DNA of 32,000 nucleotides, from contig NC_005072.1 of NCBI RefSeq assembly GCF_000011465.1, positions 900,001 through 932,000 of the forward strand. The letters run 5' to 3'. The notes below the pieces were generated by a model. The model ran no database searches. It had not been told where the DNA came from and saw nothing but the letters and a program-made list of their open reading frames with translations. The stretch comes from Prochlorococcus marinus subsp. pastoris str. CCMP1986. GTDB taxonomy: Bacteria; Cyanobacteriota; Cyanobacteriia; PCC-6307; Cyanobiaceae. Below, one piece after another: positions 18,353 to 29,123 of this stretch. Made by a program: the position numbers and the translations under genes. Each line of letters opens with the position of its first letter. The stretch's first letter is position 1.

Positions 18353-20110
18353 TCAAAAACCAAGCCAAATAACTTGAAAGGGATCAAGTTCAATATTATT
18401 AGAATTATATTTATTAGATGTAAGATAATCCTGCATATTTAAATCATTTTTAATCAATTTATTAAATTCATAATCAATAAACCTGTAATTAATTTTATTT
18501 TCGGTCATATTATGAATTGTGAAAACAGCTTTTGAACCAATACCTCTTTTTAATGCAACAATATCAGCTCTATTTTTAGATAAACATTCCATATGCGATT
18601 GAGGATGGAATTGGGGTAATTTGGCTCTAACATCCATTGCATGTCGGAGGTATTTAAGATTTTTATTAGCGTTAGATTCAGGATTATTAAAAACAGCTGC
18701 TAGTTTCTCTGACTTAAATTTTTCTCTATTCAAATCTCTTCTTTGACCTGTCATTGAAAAACTTTTTATATCATTTTCTGAAGCTAGCAATGCTGGTAGA
18801 TAAAAAGCAGGAACGCCTTTTAGTGACATAACAAGTAATTGAGTTAACAAAAACCTTTCATATTGATAACGATTTGAATCCCTACCAGGATCTTCCATAG
18901 CGCTCCACCAACTAATATTTAGTTCATAAGGTTTATCTTCTCCGTTCGATAACCTTCTATGACTTACTAGACCCCCTCTTTTCTCACAATTAATCAATAA
19001 ATCTTTAATTCTTTGTTCATTCATTAGACCCTCTAAAGCCCTTAATCCCACCCCATCATGAGAAGCAGTGAAATTAAATAGCGTTGTAGTTTTGGGTAAC
19101 TCTGGCCAATCACAAATCCATGCATTTAAAATATCTGCTCTTGAACTAATTATTGCTTCTAAAAGAAGAGGTGGCAGAGGGAAATTATAAGCCATGTCCG
19201 CCTCATCTTCTGGTAATAAATAAGAGAGGTTTTCCTTCTGTGGAACATTAGTTTCAGTAATTAATACGCCATCCTTAAGAAGGTCATTTAAAAGTATTCT
19301 TAAAATTTTTACTATTGAATGTGCTTTTGATAAATGCAAACAAGTTGTACCAGGCTCCTTCCAAATAAAACCTACAGCGTCAAGTCTTAACCATTTAATA
19401 CCATTTGATAAATAAGTAATAATCAAGTTAAGAAACTCTATTGTCATTTTGGGATTAAGCCAATTCAAATCAATTTGATCTGGACCAAAAGTTGTCCAAA
19501 CTTGTTTTTGTCCATCGTCTGTATTTATTTGGGAGAATAAAGATGAACTTCTTGGTCTGATAACATTTTTCCAGTCAAGATCTTGTGAAGGAGAAAAGAC
19601 ATTAGATAATCCGGGTTCTTGACATTTAATAAATTGCTGAACCCATGGATGAGATGAAGAAACATGATTTAAAACTAAATCAGCCATTAAATAATGTTTA
19701 TTAGAGATACTTTTTAAATCCTCCCAACTACCAAATTTTTCTTCTAAAGACGTATGACTTGACACAGCAAAACCACCATCACTAGTTGATTTAAGAAATG
19801 GAAGAATATGAACTACTTTTGATAAACTCCCAAAATTTTTACTTAGTAATTCTCGAAGCGTTACAAGTGTAGTTTCTCCTTTTTTATAAACCCCATCGGC
19901 ATAGGTTATTAAAACAGCAAAAGATTCATCCCACTTTTTATCTTCACTTATTTCTTCATAACGAGATTTCTCTGAGAAATTATCTAAAATCTGCAATAAT
20001 TGATTACAAATTAAGTTAAGCTCTTCAGTAGTATGCTCCTTATAAATTGTTTCTAGCAATTTACAAAGCCTTAATCTATCAAATTTTTTCTTTGAATCAA
20101 TTTGCGTCAC
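18353..20110 (-). CDS. GH13 (subfamily 18-like) sucrose/glucosylglycerate phosphorylase-type enzyme
   Basis: 585 aa; YLMADLVLNHVSSSHPWVQQF, IKWLRLDAVGFIWKEPGTTCLH, VLITETNVPQKEN, FTASHDGVGLRALEG: GH13 catalytic regions of the sucrose phosphorylase-like type. Confidence 0.8.
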   Translation of the reverse strand: MTQIDSKKKFDRLRLCKLLETIYKEHTTEELNLICNQLLQILDNFSEKSRYEEISEDKKWDESFAVLITYADGVYKKGETTLVTLRELLSKNFGSLSKVVHILPFLKSTSDGGFAVSSHTSLEEKFGSWEDLKSISNKHYLMADLVLNHVSSSHPWVQQFIKCQEPGLSNVFSPSQDLDWKNVIRPRSSSLFSQINTDDGQKQVWTTFGPDQIDLNWLNPKMTIEFLNLIITYLSNGIKWLRLDAVGFIWKEPGTTCLHLSKAHSIVKILRILLNDLLKDGVLITETNVPQKENLSYLLPEDEADMAYNFPLPPLLLEAIISSRADILNAWICDWPELPKTTTLFNFTASHDGVGLRALEGLMNEQRIKDLLINCEKRGGLVSHRRLSNGEDKPYELNISWWSAMEDPGRDSNRYQYERFLLTQLLVMSLKGVPAFYLPALLASENDIKSFSMTGQRRDLNREKFKSEKLAAVFNNPESNANKNLKYLRHAMDVRAKLPQFHPQSHMECLSKNRADIVALKRGIGSKAVFTIHNMTENKINYRFIDYEFNKLIKNDLNMQDYLTSNKYNSNNIELDPFQVIWLGF

Positions 20111-20160
20111 TTTGAAGAAATCATCGAAGTATTAACACTATTCTGCACATCAAATAGAAA

Positions 20161-21387
20161 ATGGACTTTCAACAAGGATTAATCACAACAATACATGAAT
20201 ATGGTGTCACTAAGGATCTACTTAGAGAATTAAATAAACGTCTTAAGAAAAGATCTACAGCAATATTAATTCCGTGTCTATATGAAGAATTTGAACGCCC
20301 AGCGCTAAAAGACATTAAAGAAGTTTTAAAAAATCTTACCGGATTAAATGAATTAGTTATTGCTCTATCTGCAAAGACTGCAGATCAAGTAAAGTCTGCA
20401 AAGTCATTTTTTGATTCAATGCCATTCCCTGTTCATATTCAATGGACAAATTCTCCATCTGTAATTGAACTATTAAAAAATCAAGAAAAAAATGGATTAG
20501 AACTTCTTGGAACTCCAGGAAAAGGATGGGCCGTATGGCAAGGAATAGGGGTTGCTACAAGACAATCTGACGTAGTTGCTTTATTTGATGCAGACATAAG
20601 AACATTCACCCCTTTATATCCATCAAGAATGATTCTTCCCTTGTTAGATGAATCATATGGAATTTCCTATGTAAAAGCCTTCTACAGTCGATTATCCCTA
20701 GAAACAAATCAATTACAAGGAAGAGCAACGAGATTATTTGTAGGTCCTTTATTGGCAAGTTTGGAGCAGTTAGTTGGCAATGGACCATTTTTGCAGTATT
20801 TACAATCCTTTAGATATCCTCTAGCTGGTGAATTTGCATTTACAAAAGATTTAGCTATGAATTTAAGAATTCCATGTGATTGGGGATTAGAGATAGGTCT
20901 TCTATCAGAGGTTTATAGGAATGTCAGAACTTCAAAAATAGCTCAAGTAGACCTTGGATTATTTGATCATAAACATAAAACTATAGGATTATCTTCCAAG
21001 GAAGGTCTTCAAAAGATGTGCACAGAAATTCTATCTAGTGTCTTAAGAGGACTTATGGAACATCAAGCTCAGACTCTAACAAGCACTCAATTATCTACAC
21101 TTGAAGTTCTTTATAAAAGAGTAGGAGAAGATAGAGTTAAACAATTTGGACTAGATTCTGCAGTTAATAAGCTTCCATATGACAGACATGAAGAGGAATT
21201 GTCTGTTCAAAAATTTGCAAAATTATTAAGACCTGCCACTCAAGGTTACTTAGCAAATCCAACAACTCAACAACTTCCTAGTTGGTCAAGAGTTCTTTCA
21301 TGTGAGGATAAGCTTCAAGAAGATTTAGCAAATGCAGGATCTAAAGAAATAAATACAACTAAAAAAGAATTAATTAATAACTATTAA
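20161..21387 (+). CDS. gpgS: Glucosyl-3-phosphoglycerate synthase (GT81-type)
   Basis: 408 aa; [41 protein letters not shown] (DxD region), [30 protein letters not shown]. Divergent from the gpgP/GH13 genes. Confidence 0.82.
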   Translation: MDFQQGLITTIHEYGVTKDLLRELNKRLKKRSTAILIPCLYEEFERPALKDIKEVLKNLTGLNELVIALSAKTADQVKSAKSFFDSMPFPVHIQWTNSPSVIELLKNQEKNGLELLGTPGKGWAVWQGIGVATRQSDVVALFDADIRTFTPLYPSRMILPLLDESYGISYVKAFYSRLSLETNQLQGRATRLFVGPLLASLEQLVGNGPFLQYLQSFRYPLAGEFAFTKDLAMNLRIPCDWGLEIGLLSEVYRNVRTSKIAQVDLGLFDHKHKTIGLSSKEGLQKMCTEILSSVLRGLMEHQAQTLTSTQLSTLEVLYKRVGEDRVKQFGLDSAVNKLPYDRHEEELSVQKFAKLLRPATQGYLANPTTQQLPSWSRVLSCEDKLQEDLANAGSKEINTTKKELINNY

Positions 21388-23093
21388 AGTAAAAAATATT
21401 TTTGAGCCATCGGTACTTCTTCAAGAGGTTCACAAGAAAGTAATACTCCATCAGCGAATACTTCATAAGTTTGTGGATCAACTGTGATATTTGGTAATTT
21501 ATTATTCAATTTTAGATCTAATTTATTAATTGATCTTGTGTTTTCTACAGCCAAACAATTTTTTTGTAAAGAAAGTTTGTTAGGAATATCAAGCTCGATT
21601 GCATTTTTACTCAAAAAAGTAAACGAACTTTTTAAAAGTGATTGTCCATAATTCGCAAACATAGGTCTACCATGAACAGGTCCTGGCGTTGGAATTGAAG
21701 CATTTGCATCACCCATCTGAGACCAAACTATAGAACCTCCTTTGACAACTAGTTCTGGCTTAACACCAAAAAATGAAGGTTTCCACAAAACCAAATCTGC
21801 TATTTTACCCTTTTCTATAGAACCAACAAACCTATTAATTCCATGAGCAATAGCTGGATTAATAGTAACTTTAGAGATATATCTTTTAACTCTATAGTTA
21901 TCATTTCTATCAGAATCTTCAGGTAAAGGACCTCTTTGCACTTTCATTTTATGCGCGGTTTGAAAAGTTCTTGTTATTACTTCTCCAACTCGTCCCATAG
22001 CTTGTGAATCACTTGCAATAATTGAAAAAGCTCCAATATCATGCAAAATATCCTCCGCAGCTATTGTCTCCCTCCTAATTCTTGACTCTGCAAATGCAAT
22101 ATCTTCTGGAATTTTTGAATCTAAATGATGACAAACCATTAACATGTCAAGATGTTCTTCAAGAGTATTTTTGGTGTAAGGCCTCGTGGGATTAGTACTA
22201 CTTGGTAAGACATTATTTTCTCCACAAATTTTAATAATATCTGGAGCATGGCCACCCCCTGCTCCTTCGGTATGAAAAGTATGAATAGTTCTACCTGCAA
22301 TGGCAGCTATAGTGTCTTCAACAAACCCTGCTTCATTCAAAGTATCAGTATGAATACATACTTGAACGTCTAGAGTATCTGCAACATTAAGACATGAATT
22401 TATCGTTGATGGGGTTGTACCCCAGTCTTCATGTAATTTTAAACCGCAGGCCCCAGCATTTACTTGTTCAAAAAGATTTGTCTCATTAGATGAATTTCCC
22501 TTCCCAAAAAAACCTAAATTAACAGGAAATGCTTCGGCAGATTGAATCATACGAGATATATGAAAAGCACCTGGAGTGCAGGTGGTAGCATTTGTTCCGG
22601 TAGCTGGCCCTGTTCCACCTCCTAACATAGTTGTCACGCCAGAAGCTAATGCAGTTTCTATTTGTTGAGGACAAATAAAATGTATATGTGTATCAATAGA
22701 TCCTGCAGTAAGAATATGTCCTTCACCAGCTATTACTTCAGTAGAAGAGCCAATAATAATATTTATATTATCTTGTATATCTGGATTTCCAGCTTTACCA
22801 ATTTCATAAATTTTTCCATCTTTCAATCCGACATCAGCTTTTACTATTCCCCACCAATCGACTATTAAGGCATTTGTTATTACTGTATCAACAGCTCCAT
22901 CCTCTCTGGTTACTTGAGACTGGCCCATCCCATCTCTGATAACCTTACCCCCTCCAAATTTAACTTCATCTCCATAAGTTGTAAAATCCTTTTCTACTTC
23001 AATTATTAATTCTGTATCTGCAAGTCTTACTCTATCTCCCTTTGTAGGTCCATATGTTTGAGCATAAGTTTTTCGATTAATTTTATAGGACAT
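21384..23093 (-). CDS. ureC: Urease subunit alpha
   Basis: 569 aa; [97 protein letters not shown]. Confidence 0.99.
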   Translation of the reverse strand: MSYKINRKTYAQTYGPTKGDRVRLADTELIIEVEKDFTTYGDEVKFGGGKVIRDGMGQSQVTREDGAVDTVITNALIVDWWGIVKADVGLKDGKIYEIGKAGNPDIQDNINIIIGSSTEVIAGEGHILTAGSIDTHIHFICPQQIETALASGVTTMLGGGTGPATGTNATTCTPGAFHISRMIQSAEAFPVNLGFFGKGNSSNETNLFEQVNAGACGLKLHEDWGTTPSTINSCLNVADTLDVQVCIHTDTLNEAGFVEDTIAAIAGRTIHTFHTEGAGGGHAPDIIKICGENNVLPSSTNPTRPYTKNTLEEHLDMLMVCHHLDSKIPEDIAFAESRIRRETIAAEDILHDIGAFSIIASDSQAMGRVGEVITRTFQTAHKMKVQRGPLPEDSDRNDNYRVKRYISKVTINPAIAHGINRFVGSIEKGKIADLVLWKPSFFGVKPELVVKGGSIVWSQMGDANASIPTPGPVHGRPMFANYGQSLLKSSFTFLSKNAIELDIPNKLSLQKNCLAVENTRSINKLDLKLNNKLPNITVDPQTYEVFADGVLLSCEPLEEVPMAQKYFLL

Positions 23094-23098
23094 AATAT

Positions 23099-23419
23099 TT
23101 AAGAATCTAAAGGACCATTAATTAAAGCATTAAAACCGAAGGCATTTCTATAACCTGAATAAGGTATCAGTTTTACTTCTGTAGTATCTCCAGGTTCAAA
23201 TCTAATAGCAGTTCCTGCAGGAATATCTAGACGCATACCAAGCGTAATTTCTCTTGTAAAAATTAAAGCTTTATTAGTTTCGAAAAAATGATAATGAGAT
23301 CCAACTTGAATAGGTCTATCCCCAGTATTAGAAACAGTTAAAGTCTTCGCATTTTTACCAGAATTTAATTCAATATCACCATCTTCAGTAATTATTTCTC
23401 CTGGTATTAAATATTCCAT
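23099..23419 (-). CDS. ureB: Urease subunit beta
   Basis: 106 aa; [19 protein letters not shown]...[22 protein letters not shown]. Confidence 0.98.
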   Translation of the reverse strand: MEYLIPGEIITEDGDIELNSGKNAKTLTVSNTGDRPIQVGSHYHFFETNKALIFTREITLGMRLDIPAGTAIRFEPGDTTEVKLIPYSGYRNAFGFNALINGPLDS

Positions 23420-23421
23420 AG

Positions 23422-23724
23422 TTAATTAATAGGATTGTGAATAGTTACCAATTTAGTACCATCTGGAAAGACAGCCTCAACTTGAACTTCATCGACCATT
23501 TCAGAGATGCCATCCATTACTTGTTTTTTACTAAGCCAAGTTGTCCCTTCAGACATTAATTGACTAACACTTTTGCCATCTCTTGCACCCTCTAAAACTT
23601 GAAAGCTTAAGAAAGCGACTGTTTCCGGATAATTAAGTTTTAGACCCCTATTAAGTCTTCTTTCAGCTAGTTGTGCAGCTGAAAAAATTAATAATTTATC
23701 TTTTTCTTGAGGTGAAAGATGCAT
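23422..23724 (-). CDS. ureA: Urease subunit gamma
   Basis: 100 aa; [34 protein letters not shown]...[10 protein letters not shown]. Confidence 0.98.
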   Translation of the reverse strand: MHLSPQEKDKLLIFSAAQLAERRLNRGLKLNYPETVAFLSFQVLEGARDGKSVSQLMSEGTTWLSKKQVMDGISEMVDEVQVEAVFPDGTKLVTIHNPIN

Positions 23725-23784
23725 AAATAAAAATTAATCTAAAAATTGTCTTTAAAAAAGTTCTAAATGAACATAATTAGTAAT

Positions 23785-24678
23785 TTAAAGATCTTGCAAA
23801 GGCCATACACCTTGATATTCTGGCTTACAAAACCCACAAACAGTTCTTATTTGTGTCCAAATAGAAAAAAAACATTTTCTTGCATCTTGTGATGAAGTAC
23901 CTAAGAATCTTATTGATAATCCATTTTCTAAAGTTCCTAAAGACAAATAATTATTATTTTCTTTAAAAATTATTTTTATTTTTTCTTTTAAGTAACTTAT
24001 TTTTGTTATGGGAAATTCTTTTTCACATATCCAAATTAAAGAACCAAAAACTGGCTTAAAATCCATTCCACTTTTAGCTTCAAAACTAAATTTAGTTAAT
24101 TCAATTTGATCTACAAATTCCCAATCATCACATAAATTTCCATTCCTCATAATCTCTAATTTTGATCTAAAAACGCCGCTCTCAATTGATTCGCCTGCAG
24201 AAGATCTTCCAAGTCTTATTAAATCTGTAAATAAAAAACTAGAGTTATCCGAAATCTTTATATTAAATTCCTGAGAATATAATCCGTTTGCAAAAACAAT
24301 GGTTTCTTGTGGGAGGTACTCTAAATGAGAATTATCAAGAATACTTATCTTTGTTTTCTGCGAGGAAAAAGTCCCTTCAGGATTAATTTTTGATCTACCA
24401 ACTGATCCATATACTTTCTGAGCTGAAGAGGTGGTTAGTAAAACTTTCGAATTAATTCCGATATTTGCTTCAAATTCAAGCAAATCCCCACCGACAAGTC
24501 CTCCTGCAGTATGAAGTATAGGTAAAATACATCTGCCCTCTTGGTCATAACTGCATTTTAGTAATTTATAGGGAGATGTAAATTTAGATTTAAAGATTGT
24601 TTTATCGTCTTTCCCAGAACTTGATTTATTATTAAAAAAATTTAAGAAACAATTACCTTCCCAAGAAGATTTAGCCAT
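23785..24678 (-). CDS. ureD: Urease accessory protein UreD/UreH
   Basis: 297 aa; [51 protein letters not shown]. Confidence 0.93.
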   Translation of the reverse strand: MAKSSWEGNCFLNFFNNKSSSGKDDKTIFKSKFTSPYKLLKCSYDQEGRCILPILHTAGGLVGGDLLEFEANIGINSKVLLTTSSAQKVYGSVGRSKINPEGTFSSQKTKISILDNSHLEYLPQETIVFANGLYSQEFNIKISDNSSFLFTDLIRLGRSSAGESIESGVFRSKLEIMRNGNLCDDWEFVDQIELTKFSFEAKSGMDFKPVFGSLIWICEKEFPITKISYLKEKIKIIFKENNNYLSLGTLENGLSIRFLGTSSQDARKCFFSIWTQIRTVCGFCKPEYQGVWPLQDL

Positions 24679-24725
24679 AATTGTTTTCTTGATTACTCTA
24701 TTTAAGTTACTAAAAATATTTTGTT

Positions 24726-25190
24726 ATGAGCAATAAAAAAGAAATTGTTGTAACTGATTGGATTAAGCAAAATTGCCATGAGGGTAATTTTTTAAACCTT
24801 ACACTAAGTTCTGATCAAAGAAGAGTCTTCAGGGGAAAAAGAAAATCAGATTGTAATCAAGAACTTCAATTACAATTACCAAGAGAGGGGAAATTGAATG
24901 ATGGTGATATCCTTCTAACAAATCAAAAAAAACTCTTTGTACAAATCATTGCGCAAAAAGAAAATTTAATAAAAATTACTGCTAAAACGAGCATAGAGCT
25001 TATAAAAGTTGCTTATCACCTTGGAAATAGACATGTGGAAATTGAGATTAATGAAAATATCTTATTTACTAAAAGTGATTACATAATTGAGGAATTGCTT
25101 AGGAACTTTGATGTTGTTTACTCAAAAGTTGAAAAAAAGTTTTTTCCAGAAATAGGAGCTTTTCATCATGAAAAAAAATCACTTAGTTAA
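24726..25190 (+). CDS. ureE: Urease accessory protein UreE (nickel chaperone), without a His-rich tail
   Basis: 154 aa; VAYHLGNRHVEIEINENILFTKSDYIIEELL; divergent from ureD and directly before ureF. Confidence 0.9.
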   Translation: MSNKKEIVVTDWIKQNCHEGNFLNLTLSSDQRRVFRGKRKSDCNQELQLQLPREGKLNDGDILLTNQKKLFVQIIAQKENLIKITAKTSIELIKVAYHLGNRHVEIEINENILFTKSDYIIEELLRNFDVVYSKVEKKFFPEIGAFHHEKKSLS

Positions 25191-25854
25191 GTATTTATTA
25201 ATTAGTCCAAGTTTACCTGTAGGAGGTTTTTGTTATTCTGAGGGATTAGAGAGTTATTTGAAAATTAAGAATTTAGAAGAACCAGACCACATAAGGAATT
25301 TAATAACAAATGAATTAAAAATTGGGCAAATTAGAATTGAAGCAAAATGTTTAATAGAATTTTTTGATATTTTTGTAGAATTAAAAATTGCTAATAATAT
25401 AAATAAAAACAGAAGAAGATTATTGAGTTTAGATAAATGGCTATTGTCTTTTAGAGATACTGTTGAGATAAGAGATCAACAAACTCAAATGGCTAAATCA
25501 CTTTTTGAATTGACTAAAGAATTTGGATTTGAATATTTATATGAAAAAAATAAAAATATCTCTTGGTCTTTGGCATGGAGTTGGGCTTGCTTCTCTTTTC
25601 AAATAAATAAATTAGAAATGATCGAAAATTTTATATATGCATGGACTGCGAATCAACTTAGTGCTGCAATAAGACTTATACCCATGGGTTCAATAAAAGC
25701 ACAAACTATTCAACTTGAGTTGTTGGATTTAATCTCAGAAGTTTCCCAAGAAATTGTAGACAGTAATATCAATGATCTTTATGTTGGGAATATAAGCTTA
25801 TCTATGGCTCAACAAAACCATAATGATTTATATACAAAACTTTTTAGAAATTAA
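25168..25854 (+). CDS. ureF: Urease accessory protein UreF
   Basis: 228 aa; LLISPSLPVGGFCYSEGLE, AWTANQLSAAIRLIPMGSIKAQTI. Overlaps ureE by 23 nt. Confidence 0.93.
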   Translation: MKKNHLVKYLLISPSLPVGGFCYSEGLESYLKIKNLEEPDHIRNLITNELKIGQIRIEAKCLIEFFDIFVELKIANNINKNRRRLLSLDKWLLSFRDTVEIRDQQTQMAKSLFELTKEFGFEYLYEKNKNISWSLAWSWACFSFQINKLEMIENFIYAWTANQLSAAIRLIPMGSIKAQTIQLELLDLISEVSQEIVDSNINDLYVGNISLSMAQQNHNDLYTKLFRN

Positions 25855-25857
25855 TTT

Positions 25858-26463
25858 ATGAGCAGCAAATTAAGAGTAGGAGTTGCGGGCCCAGTAGGCT
25901 CAGGGAAAACAGCATTAGTTGAAACTTTATGCATAGCTCTTAAAAAGAGATATAAAATAGCTGTTGTTACTAATGACATTTATACAAAAGAGGATGCTAA
26001 TTTTCTCATAAAGAAAAAGATTTTAGAGGAAGGGAGGATTGTTGGAGTAGAAACTGGTGGTTGTCCTCATACTGCAATAAGAGAAGATTGTTCACTTAAT
26101 AAAAATGCAGTAATGGATCTTGAAAACAAATATGATCCATTGGATTTTATTTTTGTTGAAAGTGGAGGAGATAATCTTGCGGCAAGTTTTAGTCCAGAAC
26201 TTGTAGATTTATCTATTTACGTGATTGATGTATCGGCTGGGGATAAAATTCCGAGGAAAGGAGGTCCAGGCATTACAAGATCTGATTTGTTATTAATCAA
26301 CAAAATTGATTTAGCTGATATGGTTGGTGCAAATTTAAATATTATGCAAAACGATACAAATATGATGAGAGATGGTAAACCATGGTTTTTCACAAATCTT
26401 AGTTCCGGCAGTGGTGTTGATAACGTTATTAAGTATCTAGTCGCTCAAATACCAAACATTTAA
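25858..26463 (+). CDS. ureG: Urease accessory GTPase UreG
   Basis: 201 aa; [67 protein letters not shown]. Confidence 0.98.
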   Translation: MSSKLRVGVAGPVGSGKTALVETLCIALKKRYKIAVVTNDIYTKEDANFLIKKKILEEGRIVGVETGGCPHTAIREDCSLNKNAVMDLENKYDPLDFIFVESGGDNLAASFSPELVDLSIYVIDVSAGDKIPRKGGPGITRSDLLLINKIDLADMVGANLNIMQNDTNMMRDGKPWFFTNLSSGSGVDNVIKYLVAQIPNI

Positions 26464-26507
26464 AGTCAAAAAAATAATCAGACGTTTTATATTGGATTCA
26501 ACAAAAT

Positions 26508-26549
26508 GTTACCTATGCTACAAAACTAAATCCCACTCGTTTATAACTT
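26508..26549 (+). promoter_or_regulatory. Putative NtcA-activated promoter upstream of urtA: GTT-N8-TAC-N22-TAN3T
   Basis: GTT (26508-26510), N8, TAC (26519-26521), exactly 22 nt, then TAACTT (26544-26549). One mismatch to the GTAN8TAC consensus; spacing matches a class II NtcA promoter. Confidence 0.6.
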
Positions 26550-26597
26550 TTACTTTATCCCCCCAATGTGGGTCAATTACCTAATTTAAACGAATTC

Positions 26598-27887
26598 ATG
26601 AGAATTTCAAGGCGTATTTTGGCAGGTTTAGCTACTGCCTCTCTTGCCGTTTCAGTTACTTCCTGCGGAGGAGGTTCAGACACTTCCGGAAGTTTCGATG
26701 ACACAGTAACTGTTGGTATCTTACATTCCCTTTCAGGAACAATGGCCATATCTGAATCAACTCTTGTTGATACCGAAAAAATGGCAATAGCAGAAATAAA
26801 CGCAGCCGGCGGAGTAACCGTTGGTGGAAAAAGCTACAAAATCGATTACATCGTTGAAGATGGTGCTTCCGACTGGCCAACATTTGCTGAGAAGTCTAAA
26901 AAATTAATCGACCAGGATGGTGTTCCAGTTGTATTTGGTGGATGGACATCTGCTAGTAGAAAGGCAATGCTTCCTGTGTATGAATCAAAAGATGCATTCC
27001 TTTACTACCCAATTCAGTATGAAGCTCAGGAATGTTCAAACAATATTTTCTACACAGGTGCTTCACCAAACCAACAATCAGAACCAGCTACTGATTTTAT
27101 GTATAAGAGATCTCCTGCCGCTGGAAAGCCATTTTTCCTAGTTGGTTCAGACTATGTTTTCCCAAGGACATCAAATACAATTACCAAAGAACAACTTAAA
27201 TCACTTGGTGGAAAGGTTGTAGGTGAAGATTATTTACCTCTAGGTAATACTGAGGTTGCTCCTATTATTTCCAAGATCAAAAAAGCATTAGCACCATCTG
27301 GTGGTGGAGTAATTATCAACACACTTAATGGTGACCAAAACGTTGCTTTCTTTAAACAGATTCAGGATGCTGGGATTACTCCAAGTAATGGATATTATGT
27401 AATGAACTACTCTATTGCAGAGGAAGAAATTAGTACTATTGGGCCTGAATTCTTAGAAGGCCATTATGGTGCTTGGAACTACATGATGTCTATCGACACA
27501 CCTGAATCCAAGAAATTTGCAGCTGATTTTAAAGCTCTATATGGAAGTGACAGAGTAGTTGCCGATCCACAGGAATCTGCTTACAACATGGTTTATTTAT
27601 GGAAACAAGCAGTTGAAGATGCAGGCACATTTGAGAACAGTGCTGTTAGAGAAGCTCTAGTAGGACAAACATTCGATGCTCCTCAAGGACCAGTTGAGGT
27701 TATGCCTAACCATCACCTTGCTCAAACAGTAAGAATTGGTTTAATCAAGCCAGAAGGTGGATTTGAGATTCTTGAAGAAACTGATGGAGTTGTATACCCA
27801 CAAGCATGGAACCAATTTGAACCTAGTTCAAAAGGTTATGCATGTGACTGGACAGACCCATCTAAAGGAGAAAGATATAAGCTTTAA
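26598..27887 (+). CDS. urtA: Urea ABC transporter, substrate-binding lipoprotein
   Basis: The track ORF starts at GTG 26568, but ATG 26598 gives a clean lipoprotein signal (MRISRRILAGLATASLAVSVTSCGGG). The mature protein has VGILHSLSGTMAISE, WPTFAEKSKKLIDQDGVPVVFGGWTSASRKAMLPVYE. Confidence 0.95.
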   Translation: MRISRRILAGLATASLAVSVTSCGGGSDTSGSFDDTVTVGILHSLSGTMAISESTLVDTEKMAIAEINAAGGVTVGGKSYKIDYIVEDGASDWPTFAEKSKKLIDQDGVPVVFGGWTSASRKAMLPVYESKDAFLYYPIQYEAQECSNNIFYTGASPNQQSEPATDFMYKRSPAAGKPFFLVGSDYVFPRTSNTITKEQLKSLGGKVVGEDYLPLGNTEVAPIISKIKKALAPSGGGVIINTLNGDQNVAFFKQIQDAGITPSNGYYVMNYSIAEEEISTIGPEFLEGHYGAWNYMMSIDTPESKKFAADFKALYGSDRVVADPQESAYNMVYLWKQAVEDAGTFENSAVREALVGQTFDAPQGPVEVMPNHHLAQTVRIGLIKPEGGFEILEETDGVVYPQAWNQFEPSSKGYACDWTDPSKGERYKL

Positions 27888-27937
27888 TTTCAAAGCTTAC
27901 TTCTAAAGAGAAGAGGAGGCTTAATGCCTCCTCTTCT
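27879..27937 (+). terminator. Two consecutive RNA hairpins between urtA and urtB (attenuator/stabiliser candidate, not a classical U-tract terminator)
   Basis: Hairpin 1: AAGCTTT (27879-27885) / AAAGCTT (27892-27898). Hairpin 2: AGAAGAGGAGGC (27909-27920), loop TTAAT, GCCTCCTCTTCT (27926-27937), 12 perfect base pairs, followed by TATATCC rather than a T-run. Confidence 0.7.
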
Positions 27938-27968
27938 TATATCCACTTAAATTTTCTTCTTATTAAAA

Positions 27969-29123
27969 TTGGAATTGCTTCTTGATAGTTTATTCAACGG
28001 TATAGCGATCGGATCAGTTTTACTAGTAGCAGCTTTGGGCTTAGCTATTGTATTTGGTTTGATGGGTGTAATCAATCTTGCACATGGTGAACTAATGATG
28101 CTAGGTGCTTACACAACATATGTAACTCAATTAATTTTCAAACTCCCACTATTAAAACCCTATTACAACGCTTACGTTATAGTTTCTATATTTTTTGCAT
28201 TTATTGTCAGTGGAGTAGTAGGAATACTTTTAGAAAAAACTGTAATTAGAAAGTTATACGGAAGTCCATTAGAAACTTTACTTGCAACATGGGGAGTAAG
28301 CCTTATTCTTCAACAGTTTGTCCGCAGTGTTCCTTTAGCTTATGGGACAGGACTAGTAATAAGTCTCATAATAGGTTTATTTCTACCATCAGTATTTTCA
28401 TCAAAAGTAAAAGAGTCTATAAATTTTAAATATGTAAAATTTAGTTCATGGATATTTGCAGCTTTAGCGGGAGTTCTCTCCGGTAATTTAATTTCATCTT
28501 CAGTTAGCAAATTAAGTCGAGCTAGTGCAAGAAATGTGGATGTCACGGCTCCAGCTTGGATGAGGGGTCAGGTTGAAATCCTTGGAACAGCTTTCCCAAA
28601 AACAAGATTAATGATAATAATAATTACTTTAATATCTGTGATTGCAATAACTTTATTTTTGAATCAAAGTGCTTGGGGTATGAGGATAAGAGCAGTAACT
28701 CAAAATAGAGAAATGAGTGACTGTCTTGGAATTTCAACAGAAAAAGTTGATGTTCTTACTTTTGGAATTGGTTCTGGATTGGCAGGTGTAGCAGGAGTTG
28801 CTGTATCTCTTTTGGGATCGGTTGGGCCTAATGTTGGAGGAAATTATATAGTTGGGTGTTTTATGGTTGTAGTTTTAGGAGGTGTAGGGAACCTATTGGG
28901 TACAATTTTTGCCTCTTTTGGAATAGGAATAATGACTGATTTAATTGGAGCTGGTCGCCTTTTATCAATATGGCCTGATATGCCTCTACCACTATCAAAT
29001 ACAATTAATTTCTTTGCAACTACCAGTATGGCTAGAGTTATGATTTTTGCGTTAATAGTAATATTCCTGCAATTCAAACCTACTGGTTTATTCCCCCAGA
29101 AAGGAAGGATGGTTGAGAGTTAA
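27969..29123 (+). CDS. urtB: Urea ABC transporter permease
   Basis: 384 aa LivH-type permease; FGLMGVINLAHGELMMLGAYTTYV, next to urtA. Confidence 0.95.
   Translation: MELLLDSLFNGIAIGSVLLVAALGLAIVFGLMGVINLAHGELMMLGAYTTYVTQLIFKLPLLKPYYNAYVIVSIFFAFIVSGVVGILLEKTVIRKLYGSPLETLLATWGVSLILQQFVRSVPLAYGTGLVISLIIGLFLPSVFSSKVKESINFKYVKFSSWIFAALAGVLSGNLISSSVSKLSRASARNVDVTAPAWMRGQVEILGTAFPKTRLMIIIITLISVIAITLFLNQSAWGMRIRAVTQNREMSDCLGISTEKVDVLTFGIGSGLAGVAGVAVSLLGSVGPNVGGNYIVGCFMVVVLGGVGNLLGTIFASFGIGIMTDLIGAGRLLSIWPDMPLPLSNTINFFATTSMARVMIFALIVIFLQFKPTGLFPQKGRMVES

Noticed and set aside
26656-29077. Alternative-frame or antisense ORFs within urtA and urtB (26656-26883, 26917-27141, 28340-28546, 28844-29077)
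   Set aside because: All are nested in strongly supported transporter genes and lack independent evidence.
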